From IMG/VR virus record IMGVR_UViG_3300023284_000540, positions 1 through 55,083 of that record: a stretch of DNA of 55,083 bases; one strand, written 5' to 3'. The translations under genes and the position numbers were made by a program. The stretch's first letter is position 1, and the number at the start of each line of letters is the position of its first letter. The notes beneath the pieces were generated by a model that saw only the letters and a list, made by a program, of their open reading frames with translations, did no database searches and had not been told where the DNA came from. Below, in pieces: positions 36,786 to 46,380 of the stretch. The stretch is from a virus (lineage: Duplodnaviria; Caudoviricetes).

Positions 36786-38258
36786 TTACCGACCTGCTAC
36801 AGCCGCATCCAGTCCGGCTTCTGGTATACCGAGTTCTGCTAAAGACCCTCGGAGCCGCTTATCTACCTCGTCCATCTTGGGTTCGCCGCCGGACTCCATG
36901 ACGTGCTCTGCTCCCATACCCTCCACCTTACCAGGGGCCTCTGGAGAGAAATCCTCCACGATGCCCTTGATCCACTCCGGGTCAACTTTACCTTCCTTGA
37001 TGACCGGGCTGGCACAGGCCCGTGCAACCAAATTGGCCCTGAACGGTATCTCCCCTTCTTCCAAGACTTTACAGACCTCATGGATGGCGAACGACCTGAA
37101 GTCCGCAGTAGCCCGATTAGCCAACTGCTCCTTAAAGATGGAGTTCTCCATCCTCAAAGAATCCCGCTCCTTCTTAGTCTCCTCAGCGGCTTTAATTTCC
37201 TCCGTATTCATTGTAGACTCCCTTCCTTGCGGGTTAGGTTCCCGCTGAGATTCCAATACAGGAGCACCCCCTGCCCCAGCCTTGGTCACGAAATCTGCTG
37301 AAAAACCATGCACGAACTCGTCAGCGATAAGACCAGATTTACCCTCAGCCTCCCCCGCGTGTCCTTTGAGAGCAGCATTAATGGAAACACCAATATGGGG
37401 ACCTTTCTCCCCAAGCTGAGTAGCATGGTCAGAGAACACCTTGGTTAAAGCATACAAACCAGAGCCTTTAGGTCCATTCTTATCATAGTAGGCGTCCTCA
37501 GTAGTGATAGCAGTCAATTCATTCAGGTCTCTTATACCCTCCGGCCTATCAGCCTCCTCAGAGGCGGTAGCATGATTCCAATACATGTGAGTTCCCTTAC
37601 GGAACGCCACAGGCCCAGAGTTCTTTATCATTGATTCAGAATAGTAAGCCATCGAACCCCAACCAGGACCGATGATCTTGACGAGTACCCTCTCTACCGC
37701 CGCTTCCTTTATGGGGGTGAACTCCTCAAAAGATACGGACTCCTGCACAACCTGAGCCGACCCATCCAGTGTAATCATTACATCCTGGCCAAGAGGCAAG
37801 GATTCCACGAACGTATCTCCATCATAGTATACCCTATCTGACTCAGTGCTTTTGCTATCCACATAAGCTACATGGACTCTCTTGGACTCACCGAGTTTGA
37901 TCTTGGGGTCCGATCCCTCAGAGCCATAAGAGACGGAATAGGATCGCTTGTAGGAAATTCCCTGGAACTCATAGATCACGAAACCAGGGAAAATGTCGGC
38001 CACATAAGGGCCTGATTCATAATACTGACCTGAAGCCAGACCATGAACCTCCTCCAGAGACCGCCTCAAGTGCTTCCGTAGAGCATCATGGGACGCATTC
38101 ATGGCAAGATGAGCAGCTTCTTGAGCGGATTCTTTAGATTTGGAGATGCACACAGCTATTCTTTGAGCCTTCTTAGGGAACTCCTTCGTCATACCGGCAT
38201 CCCCTATACAGCGGCTCACAAAAGCCGAGTCAGTCTCTCCCTTTTTACGACTGGGCAT
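36786..38258 (-). CDS. Prohead protease/scaffold protein
   Basis: IIGPGWGS..YYS, MYWNH, IGVSI, SADFVTKAGAGG, coiled-coil C-terminus. Confidence 0.8.
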   Translation of the reverse strand: MPSRKKGETDSAFVSRCIGDAGMTKEFPKKAQRIAVCISKSKESAQEAAHLAMNASHDALRKHLRRSLEEVHGLASGQYYESGPYVADIFPGFVIYEFQGISYKRSYSVSYGSEGSDPKIKLGESKRVHVAYVDSKSTESDRVYYDGDTFVESLPLGQDVMITLDGSAQVVQESVSFEEFTPIKEAAVERVLVKIIGPGWGSMAYYSESMIKNSGPVAFRKGTHMYWNHATASEEADRPEGIRDLNELTAITTEDAYYDKNGPKGSGLYALTKVFSDHATQLGEKGPHIGVSINAALKGHAGEAEGKSGLIADEFVHGFSADFVTKAGAGGAPVLESQREPNPQGRESTMNTEEIKAAEETKKERDSLRMENSIFKEQLANRATADFRSFAIHEVCKVLEEGEIPFRANLVARACASPVIKEGKVDPEWIKGIVEDFSPEAPGKVEGMGAEHVMESGGEPKMDEVDKRLRGSLAELGIPEAGLDAAVAGR

Positions 38259-38321
38259 AGCTCAACCTAACATATAATCAACTCTGTCCATAATAAATCA
38301 GGGTAACTAATTGAAAACAGA

Positions 38322-40034
38322 TTAGCGATTACTAGCGCCAGGTAGTGGGGAACCTGAAGGTTTAGGTTTGTTTAAAGCGGCCTTCCTAGCTGCATCCGCC
38401 TGATCCAGTGCTGCCTGACCTAGATCAGCCTTACCCTGAGCAGCCTTTTTATCATCTTTAGCCACATCCTTGGGATCGATAAATCCTTGTCTCACGGGCT
38501 CAGGATAAAACTCCTCTACTAAGCCCTCAATATTTCTCTCTCCCATAGCAGTCACCAGTAGCTTGAATAGGTATCTCCTATCGGGGATTATGCCCTCAGC
38601 CTGGCTACCTCCCAGAGTAGCCGCTTGCACCACAGCCCGGACTCGATCTACGACATCCCTCTCTAAAATGTTCGGGAAGTCGATAACTACGCCCAAGGAT
38701 TTGCCGTTTGGAGATGTAATGATTACATTCGTACCGCTGCCAAAATCATCCCTGGAAACGGCTGCTCTGAAGCCAGCCTTATGCAGCTTGCCGAGCGGGG
38801 CCGCAGCAGACCATTCTTTCAACTTCTCACACATATGAAGAATCACACACAGCCACATATTCTGCCTGGCGACCATCTTTAGCTCTGTGGGCCGATCCAG
38901 GGTAGAGGATGTAGCAAAGTTGCCAAGATTGGAGTCTCCAAAGAAGTGTTCGGGCAAATCCGACCCAGCAGCAAGCATTGAACGAAGTGCCCTAGCTTCA
39001 TCCGGCCCTGTGGTGTGTCCAGCAGTTTTGATAGCAGATATTTTAGTATCACCTGCCAGCGTAGCCCAAGCAGCCGTGTTAGCAGGAGGATTGGTGTCCA
39101 ACGCATTGCCTGTGGAGATGGCCGTATTCAGCTTACTCTTGGCAGCAGCTACTCCTTTTTTACCAGCTAAGCCGGATATCTGCATAGCCAGTCTGGAGTA
39201 AGCCTTCAAGATCGTGGCGAAGTTCTCAAGGATACCTTTATAGGCCGTGGCCCAAGGCATGGCGGAAAATAGCTCAGGAATACCAAACTGCATCTGCGAC
39301 AGGCCGCCCGTGGATACATGAAGCACTGGAGAATCCCAGAGAATACGGATACCCTTGAAACTGGAGGGTTTAGCCCTAGTGCGGGGGTTATAGTCAACAT
39401 CAGGATACAGTACCCTGCTAGCCTCTACACCATTCTTGGAAGGGATATGACGCTCGTAAAACCAAGGCTCCTGAGCATCATCAGGATTGCTGATAATACT
39501 TTGTATTTGATCGAATGGCAGAAGTCTGACCCTGGCACTCCCATTAGACTTATTACGGAAGAACACAAAGAAAGTATTACCATCCAACCTCTGATCCTTC
39601 TCCCTCTCCGGCCATCCCTTATCCCCATTGCCTATGATCCTTTGATTCTTACGGTCTGTGAAGAAGTCCCGAATGATTTCATCCACATCCTCATCATCAG
39701 CCTTGATCTTAACCCCGCCCCCCCAGACATAGAGTTCTTGCACAGTGACAGCTCTCTTGATAAGGGGGTTCACAAGGTACATAATCCTGGATAAAGCAAC
39801 CATCTTGCGGACGGTATCCCGGTCAAGATTCCAGCTACCAAGAGCAGTAGTCAGATCGGTCCAGCCCATAGCATCCACGGACAGCTGAATATCAGCTAAG
39901 CTGGCGGTCTCCTGGATGGGGGCTTCCTGAGATTTGACCATAGCCTCTTCAGCATTATTTGCTGATTCCATTAGACTTCTGGCACCCATCCAGAAGCCAG
40001 CCAGAGCCCCGACAAATTTGTCACGAATGCCCAT
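38322..40034 (-). CDS. Portal protein
   Basis: NPLIKRAV, DGNTFF, DLPEHFFGD...N.AT...LDRPT; position upstream of the protease and MCP genes. Confidence 0.85.
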   Translation of the reverse strand: MGIRDKFVGALAGFWMGARSLMESANNAEEAMVKSQEAPIQETASLADIQLSVDAMGWTDLTTALGSWNLDRDTVRKMVALSRIMYLVNPLIKRAVTVQELYVWGGGVKIKADDEDVDEIIRDFFTDRKNQRIIGNGDKGWPEREKDQRLDGNTFFVFFRNKSNGSARVRLLPFDQIQSIISNPDDAQEPWFYERHIPSKNGVEASRVLYPDVDYNPRTRAKPSSFKGIRILWDSPVLHVSTGGLSQMQFGIPELFSAMPWATAYKGILENFATILKAYSRLAMQISGLAGKKGVAAAKSKLNTAISTGNALDTNPPANTAAWATLAGDTKISAIKTAGHTTGPDEARALRSMLAAGSDLPEHFFGDSNLGNFATSSTLDRPTELKMVARQNMWLCVILHMCEKLKEWSAAAPLGKLHKAGFRAAVSRDDFGSGTNVIITSPNGKSLGVVIDFPNILERDVVDRVRAVVQAATLGGSQAEGIIPDRRYLFKLLVTAMGERNIEGLVEEFYPEPVRQGFIDPKDVAKDDKKAAQGKADLGQAALDQADAARKAALNKPKPSGSPLPGASNR

Positions 40035-40049
40035 GTAATGATTACACTC

Positions 40050-40433
40050 CTAACGGGCTCCAACAGCCGCATCTCTCTGCGCCAAACTGGACCGCAGCAA
40101 AGTCCGTACTGTGTATATCATAGTAGCTGAGCCAACACCAAGGTAAATCCATTTCCACACTGATCCATCTCTATCCCCAGCCAGCTCTCTTATCATTATT
40201 CTATTGTTCTCTACAAGAGCACTCTGGTATCCTTGATTGATGGAAAAACGGGTCTGGAAATCCTCAATAGCTTGCTCCTGCTGCCTGATTTGCTCCTCTA
40301 AGTTGTTTATTATCACCCTATACGAAGAGAAAATCTCCTCAACCTCAGCGTGGGTATAGGTTTGCTGGATGCCCTGCTGTGCAGATACCGGCAAACTACA
40401 CAATACAATGAGGATAAGACCCAGCAGCTTCAT
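40050..40433 (-). CDS. Signal-peptide, coiled-coil, C-terminal TM protein (spanin-like candidate)
   Basis: MKLLGLILIVLCSLPVSA, coiled coil, WIYLGVG TM segment. Confidence 0.55.
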   Translation of the reverse strand: MKLLGLILIVLCSLPVSAQQGIQQTYTHAEVEEIFSSYRVIINNLEEQIRQQEQAIEDFQTRFSINQGYQSALVENNRIMIRELAGDRDGSVWKWIYLGVGSATMIYTVRTLLRSSLAQRDAAVGAR

Positions 40434-40443
40434 GCTATATCCC

Positions 40444-40632
40444 CTACTTCTTGGCAGCCGCCTTCTCGATCTTGTGGCCAATTCCGATCATGCCCAGACC
40501 TCCACCTACCATAGTGATACCGCTCTGAATCTCCCCAAAGCTGAATTCACCAGACGCTATGACACTAGCTATCTGAGCCAAACCCCCAAAAATCAAGGTA
40601 ACACCAGCAGCCCATGTTTTAATCCCTGACAT
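40444..40632 (-). CDS. Putative holin (2 TM)
   Basis: G.KT motif, two TM segments, basic C-terminus. Confidence 0.6.
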   Translation of the reverse strand: MSGIKTWAAGVTLIFGGLAQIASVIASGEFSFGEIQSGITMVGGGLGMIGIGHKIEKAAAKK

Positions 40633-40650
40633 CCACCCACCTCCCTATTC

Positions 40651-41226
40651 TCAGTTTATGGTCATGACCAAGGCTTCTCTAACACCATCATCCTTGGACA
40701 TTAACAGTTTATACGCGCAGGCACCACCAGATAGTTCCATGAGCCCATCCAGAAACGATCTTTGAATAACAGCCGTATCCGGGAGGTCGGTTTCAAGCTC
40801 TCTGCCCACACTATCAAAAGTCTGCACACTCAGAGGCAGGATACCACGGACAGTATCACTAAGGTTGACGGCATCAGTGCCGGACAGGATCGCCGCCGTT
40901 AGAGAACCCCATTTAGCTGCCCTCACAAATATCCTGATCCAATTCCTGCTCTCCGCCCGCCTTATCACTGAAGAAATAAGAAGAGGGGAAATAGTGGGGA
41001 TATCATTCTTATGAGCGGCTATGTAAATTTTCCCGGCATGAACAGTAGTGGTCTCAGCCGACAAGTTGCAAATGTCCGCTTGCCACAGGATGTATCCATT
41101 GCCACTGGAGCCAAATACGGTCTTGAAGATATCCGGTGGCTGTGGGAATAGAGACATCTCGATCTGGGCTGATGCTGTACCACCAATAAGACACATGCAA
41201 AGGATAAGTGTAGTACATTTAAGCAT
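40651..41226 (-). CDS. Secreted hypothetical protein
   Basis: Signal peptide ending ASA; GAGGTG RBS. Confidence 0.65.
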   Translation of the reverse strand: MLKCTTLILCMCLIGGTASAQIEMSLFPQPPDIFKTVFGSSGNGYILWQADICNLSAETTTVHAGKIYIAAHKNDIPTISPLLISSVIRRAESRNWIRIFVRAAKWGSLTAAILSGTDAVNLSDTVRGILPLSVQTFDSVGRELETDLPDTAVIQRSFLDGLMELSGGACAYKLLMSKDDGVREALVMTIN

Positions 41227-41239
41227 TTACCACCTCTCT

Positions 41240-41425
41240 TTAGTCATCAAGCCGCTCCCACAGATGCCAGAAGTTACTCTCGATAATAGCTTTCAACTCA
41301 ACAATCTCCTGTTGCAGAATCTCAACCCTGGCAGTGACCTGACCATATCCATACACGGTACCAATGAAATAAGCTGAGAGTACGACAGCAAGACTGGCTA
41401 TTGCTAACTTGATACCGCTAGTCAC
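41240..41425 (-). CDS. Small TM plus coiled-coil protein
   Basis: N-terminal TM; GTGA coupling. Confidence 0.55.
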   Translation of the reverse strand: MTSGIKLAIASLAVVLSAYFIGTVYGYGQVTARVEILQQEIVELKAIIESNFWHLWERLDD

Positions 41426-41838
41426 TGCTTCCTCTCTCTCAGAGCCCCTTCACAGATACCAAGCCGATAACTGATACTGACCTGCTCCTTGATGGCATCA
41501 TCACCTTTCTTCTCAACAAACTTTATCCACTCACGAGCATCTTCAAACCTCTGATCCGTACTCTTCATCCTCTCAGCGAGCAGGCCTTTCAAACCTTGTA
41601 TGTCTGATTGTCTCGCAATATCCTTAAGGATACTCTCTATCCTCTTTATATCCGAGCACATCGCAACCTCGTCCTTCAGACAACCCTCTATCCTGTCTAC
41701 GTCCTTCTGCTTTGCGTAGTTGTTCCCATTGCGCCGCTGAAACCACCAGCGTACTCCGAGTCCTCCCAACACTCCTGGACCCAGCAAGAAAGTGATTAAG
41801 TGAACCAGAGAATCATCAACAGGAATAGGTACCTGCAT
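41422..41838 (-). CDS. TM plus coiled-coil protein (lysis accessory-like)
   Basis: One N-terminal TM segment, heptad repeats. Confidence 0.6.
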   Translation of the reverse strand: MQVPIPVDDSLVHLITFLLGPGVLGGLGVRWWFQRRNGNNYAKQKDVDRIEGCLKDEVAMCSDIKRIESILKDIARQSDIQGLKGLLAERMKSTDQRFEDAREWIKFVEKKGDDAIKEQVSISYRLGICEGALRERKQ

Positions 41839-42073
41839 AGTGAGAAGTCTCCTGTATCCCTATTCGATCCTTAAATTTAACCGCTACCTCTACACGGTTA
41901 CGGGACTTCGTCTTCTCCATGATAATACTGATGGTGTTCTTTACTGTCTGGACGCTGAGGTTCATAGCTGTGGCTATCTCCTCATTAGTCCGCGCATCAA
42001 CTATAAGAGAGACAAAATCCATCTGACGAGGGGTCAACGGTCTGTCAGCAAACATTATCGTGTCCCGTCGCAT
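41816..42073 (-). CDS. Stand-alone LuxR/GerE-type HTH regulator
   Basis: LTPRQ....LI....TNEEIA..MNLSVQTVKN.I..I.EK....NRVE. Confidence 0.9.
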   Translation of the reverse strand: MRRDTIMFADRPLTPRQMDFVSLIVDARTNEEIATAMNLSVQTVKNTISIIMEKTKSRNRVEVAVKFKDRIGIQETSHYAGTYSC

Positions 42074-42486
42074 TATGGATTCACAGTGACAGTCACAGTG
42101 ACAGTAAGGCCCGTAGGAGGAGCAGGAGCAGCGCCAAACGACACCGGAGCAGATACAGTACTCAACAACTCTCCCCCACCACCCTCTATCCCAATTGTTT
42201 GTGCCACTACAGCACCAGTAGGAACAGCGATGGGGCCGTTCCCCAGGGCACTTATAGTCCCGGAGAAGCCTGAAGTAGGTGCAGCAATATCAAACAATGC
42301 ACCGCTGGATATTTCTGAAATCCTCCAGCCTGCAATACAATTTGTCAGAACAGAGGTAGAACAGGGTGTTTGCCAGGGGGAAGTTACAGTGTAATTGAGA
42401 GAAACAGCGATAGTCCCTTGAGCGAACAGTGACGCCGGGACTAGGGAAAGGACCAAAGCAGTGAAAAGTAAAGCAAATCTCTTCAT
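42073..42486 (-). CDS. Secreted beta-rich (Fn3-like) protein
   Basis: Signal peptide; C-terminal APAPPTGLTVTVTV. Confidence 0.65.
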   Translation of the reverse strand: MKRFALLFTALVLSLVPASLFAQGTIAVSLNYTVTSPWQTPCSTSVLTNCIAGWRISEISSGALFDIAAPTSGFSGTISALGNGPIAVPTGAVVAQTIGIEGGGGELLSTVSAPVSFGAAPAPPTGLTVTVTVTVNP

Positions 42487-42527
42487 TTCTGTCTCCTTTT
42501 ATCCAAAATAAAGTGTAATGATTACAC

Positions 42528-43931
42528 TCAATAAGGGCTGATCGTGACCTCCTCATCGTACACTATTATAGATTCCTGATCCTGTGGGTCAATAGCCAAG
42601 TCATCCACGAATGCCGTCATGTACCGAACGTCATCCATGCCATGATTGTCCTTATCTATAGGAAGCTCATCTCTTTTGCTATTAGCCCTCTCATTATGGC
42701 TTAAATCCCATACATATCCGTCCCATTCATCCTCTGTTTTGACAGGTTTCCCTTCAGCTTTCAATGTTTCGTCCTCGTGTACGAGGGAGTCCCTTATTAT
42801 AAACAGTCCCGGTTTCCCATCCCAGTCCTTCCGCAATCTAGCTTTCACACCTTCCACACCTGGTTGGATAGACTTATATGCAGGCAGAGTGATGTACCCT
42901 GTATGCCTCTCCAGGGTAGCCCTGCCCTCGGCGTCATGGTCACAGATGATGGCTCTGGGGATCACACCATCTGATATTTCCATAATATCAGCAGCGTGGT
43001 CCTCGACTAATCGCTGCGTTCTGTAGATTTGGTGCAACAAATACATGCGCCCACGGGGGTCCTGAATCCAGTCCTGCCATACAAAAGGATGAGTAAACCC
43101 AAAATCTATGACCCAGTAATGGGGCCAGTTCCCCCAATCAGCGGGTAATTCAGATAAGTTCAACATATGAATGTCAGGGTCCCAGCCCTCATATATCAGA
43201 CCCTCAGCAGCAGCCCACAGGCCCAGATACAGCCTAGCTCTCCGGGGTCCACTCAATCTCTCCAACTTGGCTAAGTATGCCTGACCCTCAGAGGTCCACT
43301 TCTTATGAATGTGGTCCCACAGACGAGGGTTGTCTTTATGCACGGATACCAGCATTTTGGTCAGGCCGTTATCACATCGTTTCTTGATCCAATGAGTAGG
43401 CTTGTCCGGGTTACAGTCCATGATAATCTGCTGGTAGGGTATCTCCCAATTACGGAGTCGGGTGGTGCATATTTCCATATCGTTTTCCGTACACTCCGTA
43501 GCTTCCTGGATAAACCCCACATCCCAATCCGTGGACTTGATACGCTCCGGGTCATCCAGTCCGATGATGGCCAGTATGGAACCATTAGGATAGTTGAAAA
43601 CCTGATCCTGCTTGTGGAGATGCACGTTATCATATGGTTTTAGGACCTGTCTCCTGAAGGTATGCAGGCATGAATTGGTCATGCTAACCCTGGTCTTACG
43701 GGCCATAAACCCTTTAGAATTAGGGTACTTGCTGAGCATCAAGTGTATTTTTTGTAGGGCTGAGAGGGACTTCCCAGTACCGGCTGGACCAGCTAAAAGG
43801 ATTTCATCGTCGTGGCAATGGAACAGGTCGCGGGACGCCCCATATGGATGATATCTGATGCTGTGTTTCGTGGTCTCAACCAGGGCAGCATTGTCTTCAG
43901 CAGAACCTTTCACCCTGATTCTGTCCTTCAT
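42528..43931 (-). CDS. terL: Terminase large subunit (PBSX-like)
   Basis: GPAGTGKS, IQEA, DCNP, IDFGFTHP, DNHGMDDVRY. Confidence 0.95.
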   Translation of the reverse strand: MKDRIRVKGSAEDNAALVETTKHSIRYHPYGASRDLFHCHDDEILLAGPAGTGKSLSALQKIHLMLSKYPNSKGFMARKTRVSMTNSCLHTFRRQVLKPYDNVHLHKQDQVFNYPNGSILAIIGLDDPERIKSTDWDVGFIQEATECTENDMEICTTRLRNWEIPYQQIIMDCNPDKPTHWIKKRCDNGLTKMLVSVHKDNPRLWDHIHKKWTSEGQAYLAKLERLSGPRRARLYLGLWAAAEGLIYEGWDPDIHMLNLSELPADWGNWPHYWVIDFGFTHPFVWQDWIQDPRGRMYLLHQIYRTQRLVEDHAADIMEISDGVIPRAIICDHDAEGRATLERHTGYITLPAYKSIQPGVEGVKARLRKDWDGKPGLFIIRDSLVHEDETLKAEGKPVKTEDEWDGYVWDLSHNERANSKRDELPIDKDNHGMDDVRYMTAFVDDLAIDPQDQESIIVYDEEVTISPY

Positions 43932-44488
43932 ACTTTATCCACATCCACGCCTACGTACTCTCTGACGGAGGATTCAGCCGCTCCCTTGGTTTCCGGCTCA
44001 TCCAGGGCCAACAATTTGGCTCTACGTGACTCTATCTGAAGCACTAACTGGGCGGCTGCCATACTGGATGGCACAATTTGTCCATCGTCAGTCACCAAAA
44101 CTTCAGTGGCGATTTCGTAGTAGGCTTTGAGTAGTCCATCGAGCCTGTCAGTAGCGAGCTGCCGATTCTCAGTCTTAGTCTCCGAGCTATCTCCAACAGT
44201 GTGAAATAGCACAGCCTTCAAGTCCGCATAGGCCGTTGCCTCACTTATATTCAACTCCTGGGCTATCTCTCTAAATAGGGTCCCGGATGTGCGGAGTTTG
44301 ACCACTTGGTATCTCCGCTCGATTATGGCTATATTTGCGGGTGTCAGTAGACCCGTCCTCCTCGGCTTCCTAGACCCGTTATCTACTCCCTTCCTGAAGT
44401 TCTTCAGGGGTCTAGGTGGCTTGGGAGTATACACCTCCACCGCTATTTCTTCAGCAGTTTGAGCAGCTTGTTTCCTCTTATTCCTCAT
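43928..44488 (-). CDS. terS: Terminase small subunit (HTH)
   Basis: FREIAQELNISEATAY HTH, RRAKLLALD; ATGA-coupled to terL; start after GGAG. Confidence 0.8.
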   Translation of the reverse strand: MRNKRKQAAQTAEEIAVEVYTPKPPRPLKNFRKGVDNGSRKPRRTGLLTPANIAIIERRYQVVKLRTSGTLFREIAQELNISEATAYADLKAVLFHTVGDSSETKTENRQLATDRLDGLLKAYYEIATEVLVTDDGQIVPSSMAAAQLVLQIESRRAKLLALDEPETKGAAESSVREYVGVDVDKV

Positions 44489-44639
44489 AATCACTCCACG
44501 AGACTCGACTTTTGCATTTATTGCACACGCCCACGTTGGCATTCCATGTAGGGCATACTTCCCCAGTGCATCCCTTCTTCAAACAGGGTTTGGGCTTATC
44601 ATTATAGCCCTTCAAGGTAAAAGCACTCTCTGTAGCCAT
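44478..44639 (-). CDS. Small Zn-binding protein
   Basis: CLKKGC...CNKC; GGAGG-rich RBS before MATES. Confidence 0.5.
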   Translation of the reverse strand: MATESAFTLKGYNDKPKPCLKKGCTGEVCPTWNANVGVCNKCKSRVSWSDYEE

Positions 44640-44667
44640 AGACCCCCCTCCTCCGCTATCCCCCAAA

Positions 44668-44697
44668 AGTGTAATCATTACATATTCCCCCTGTCAA
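44668..44697 (-). promoter_or_regulatory. Leftward packaging/late promoter TTGACA-N18-TACACT whose -10 lies in a palindrome
   Basis: -35 at 44697-44692, palindrome at 44670-44682, -10 at 44673-44668. Confidence 0.6.
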
Positions 44698-44711
44698 CCC
44701 CGAAATTAAAC

Positions 44712-44740
44712 TTGACATACATCCTTATTATCGTTATTTT
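44712..44740 (+). promoter_or_regulatory. Rightward promoter TTGACA-N17-TATTTT; probably a leaderless mRNA for the regulator
   Basis: ATG at 44747 sits at the expected +1; no RBS. Confidence 0.6.
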
Positions 44741-44746
44741 AGCTCC

Positions 44747-45358
44747 ATGAACGGCTCAAATGGCCAAAATAGTGAAAATAGAGAGGTTATACGTTGCAAA
44801 AAGTGCAATTTGAACCAATTTATCACTATAAGTAGTCTCTGCCGCCGTTGCAGATACTCACTATCCCCTGTAAAAGAAATACCTGAGAAAACCCCCCAAG
44901 AAGCTATACCAAAGCCTATCCCCCTCCGATCACACTTCTTCCCGGAGCCGGGATCAAGGCCATTCTGTCCTAAGCCCCCTAACTTCGGCTCCGTTCTAAG
45001 AGCACTCCGGGAAGATATCGGCTACAATCAAGTCCAGATGTCCCACATTATGGGCATCAAGCGCCCTTACTTGAACAGGGTAGAGGGCGGGTTCATCAAC
45101 CCTGGTCCCTCTACCCTAACTAGGCTGTGTAGCGCCCTTCGCACTACTCTGTCCGATCTACTTTACTGCTATCAAAACTGGCCAGGCTCCTCTAAATCGG
45201 CTCAATTCCACGCTCAGACTTTGCAGATATTGGGCACATTTCGGGATTTGGGTACAGATCAGAAGCAGCGGGTCTTGCGTATGGTCAAAGATGCTCTCAA
45301 CTCGCCGCAGGAATCACCTAGAGTACTAGAAGAATCTATACCGTCTGGGGACAACTAG
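44747..45358 (+). CDS. Zn-finger plus XRE HTH regulator
   Basis: REVIRCKKC.L.QF.T..SLCRRC followed by LRALRE..G.NQ.QM..IMGIKRPYLNRVEGG..NP. Confidence 0.88.
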   Translation: MNGSNGQNSENREVIRCKKCNLNQFITISSLCRRCRYSLSPVKEIPEKTPQEAIPKPIPLRSHFFPEPGSRPFCPKPPNFGSVLRALREDIGYNQVQMSHIMGIKRPYLNRVEGGFINPGPSTLTRLCSALRTTLSDLLYCYQNWPGSSKSAQFHAQTLQILGTFRDLGTDQKQRVLRMVKDALNSPQESPRVLEESIPSGDN

Positions 45359-45509
45359 ATGTATACTTACAGAGCAATCAGCATTCTGGGCCACTTTCTC
45401 TCCCTCCTGGACCACACAGACCCCAAGAATGGCTGGGCTAGAGTCAAGCTGGAACACGCCATATGGCATTTAGTCAGGGGAATGTAATCATTACACATAG
45501 GAGACTACA

Positions 45510-45734
45510 ATGAAAAGTACAGGCTACCAACCCTGGGAGATTACAACGGAAGTTAAAGGCTATCAACCCAAAGGCCCCGTACCTGACAATCCTAAGCCCC
45601 CTAATGCCGGACCGTCCGCCGTGTACCCTACAGAAGATCGAAACGCATGGATGCTCAAGCGCAAGGTTTGCACCTGCCCCACGCCTGATTGTGGTTGCAT
45701 GGAATGCTGCATTCTACGAGACGGCACCCTGTAA
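45510..45734 (+). CDS. Hypothetical Pro/Cys-rich protein
   Basis: AGGAG RBS; GYQP repeats; Cys-rich C-terminus. Confidence 0.55.
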   Translation: MKSTGYQPWEITTEVKGYQPKGPVPDNPKPPNAGPSAVYPTEDRNAWMLKRKVCTCPTPDCGCMECCILRDGTL

Positions 45735-46160
45735 CACGGTTACCATTTAGATGTTAGAGTCAATAAACCTCCCCCCCCCCCGGCCTGGCAGTACTGGGAG
45801 TCCCATCGCTCGACTGTGACTCCCAGCCCGCCTATTACGACTAGGACCACCAGTACCATGACACGCCGACCGGCACGCTGACGTATACCTAATGTATATA
45901 CAACGTATATGCAACGTATAGACTCAGTATATACAATGATACAATGTATACACGACCAGGTCCTAACAGTACCAGGGACCACAGCACGTAGCCTGCCAAA
46001 CTGAGTACTATGGGGGTCCTAGTCCAATAATTAGGACCACTAGTACCACCAACACCAGAATGTAATCATTACACATTGGGACCTATCCATACTAGTCGGC
46101 CTACTGGTCTCAAAAACAAATCAGGGCTTCCAGTACTAGGTATGCCTAATATACAATCTC
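45735..46160. other. Non-coding repeat-rich region (C11 run, GTATA/TATAC repeats, GGACCA/AGTAC repeats); candidate origin or packaging site
   Basis: C11 at 45771-45781, AT-rich repeats at 45882-45953, palindrome at 46061. Confidence 0.45.
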
Positions 46161-46380
46161 TCCATGGACGCGACTCACAGTGAACGACGCGGCCCTGATA
46201 GTGGCTGCTATCATGCATCGGATGGTATTGGCAAGGTCCCGATGGCCTATCCGCATATACTAAGAGAGGCATTTATCCCTCTTCGTGCAAAACGGTTGGA
46301 CCGTGAGCAACGGTGGGCGGTAGCACTGATAACCGTCTCTCTGCTAATGATACCATTGGCTGGAATGCTGATGCTGTACC

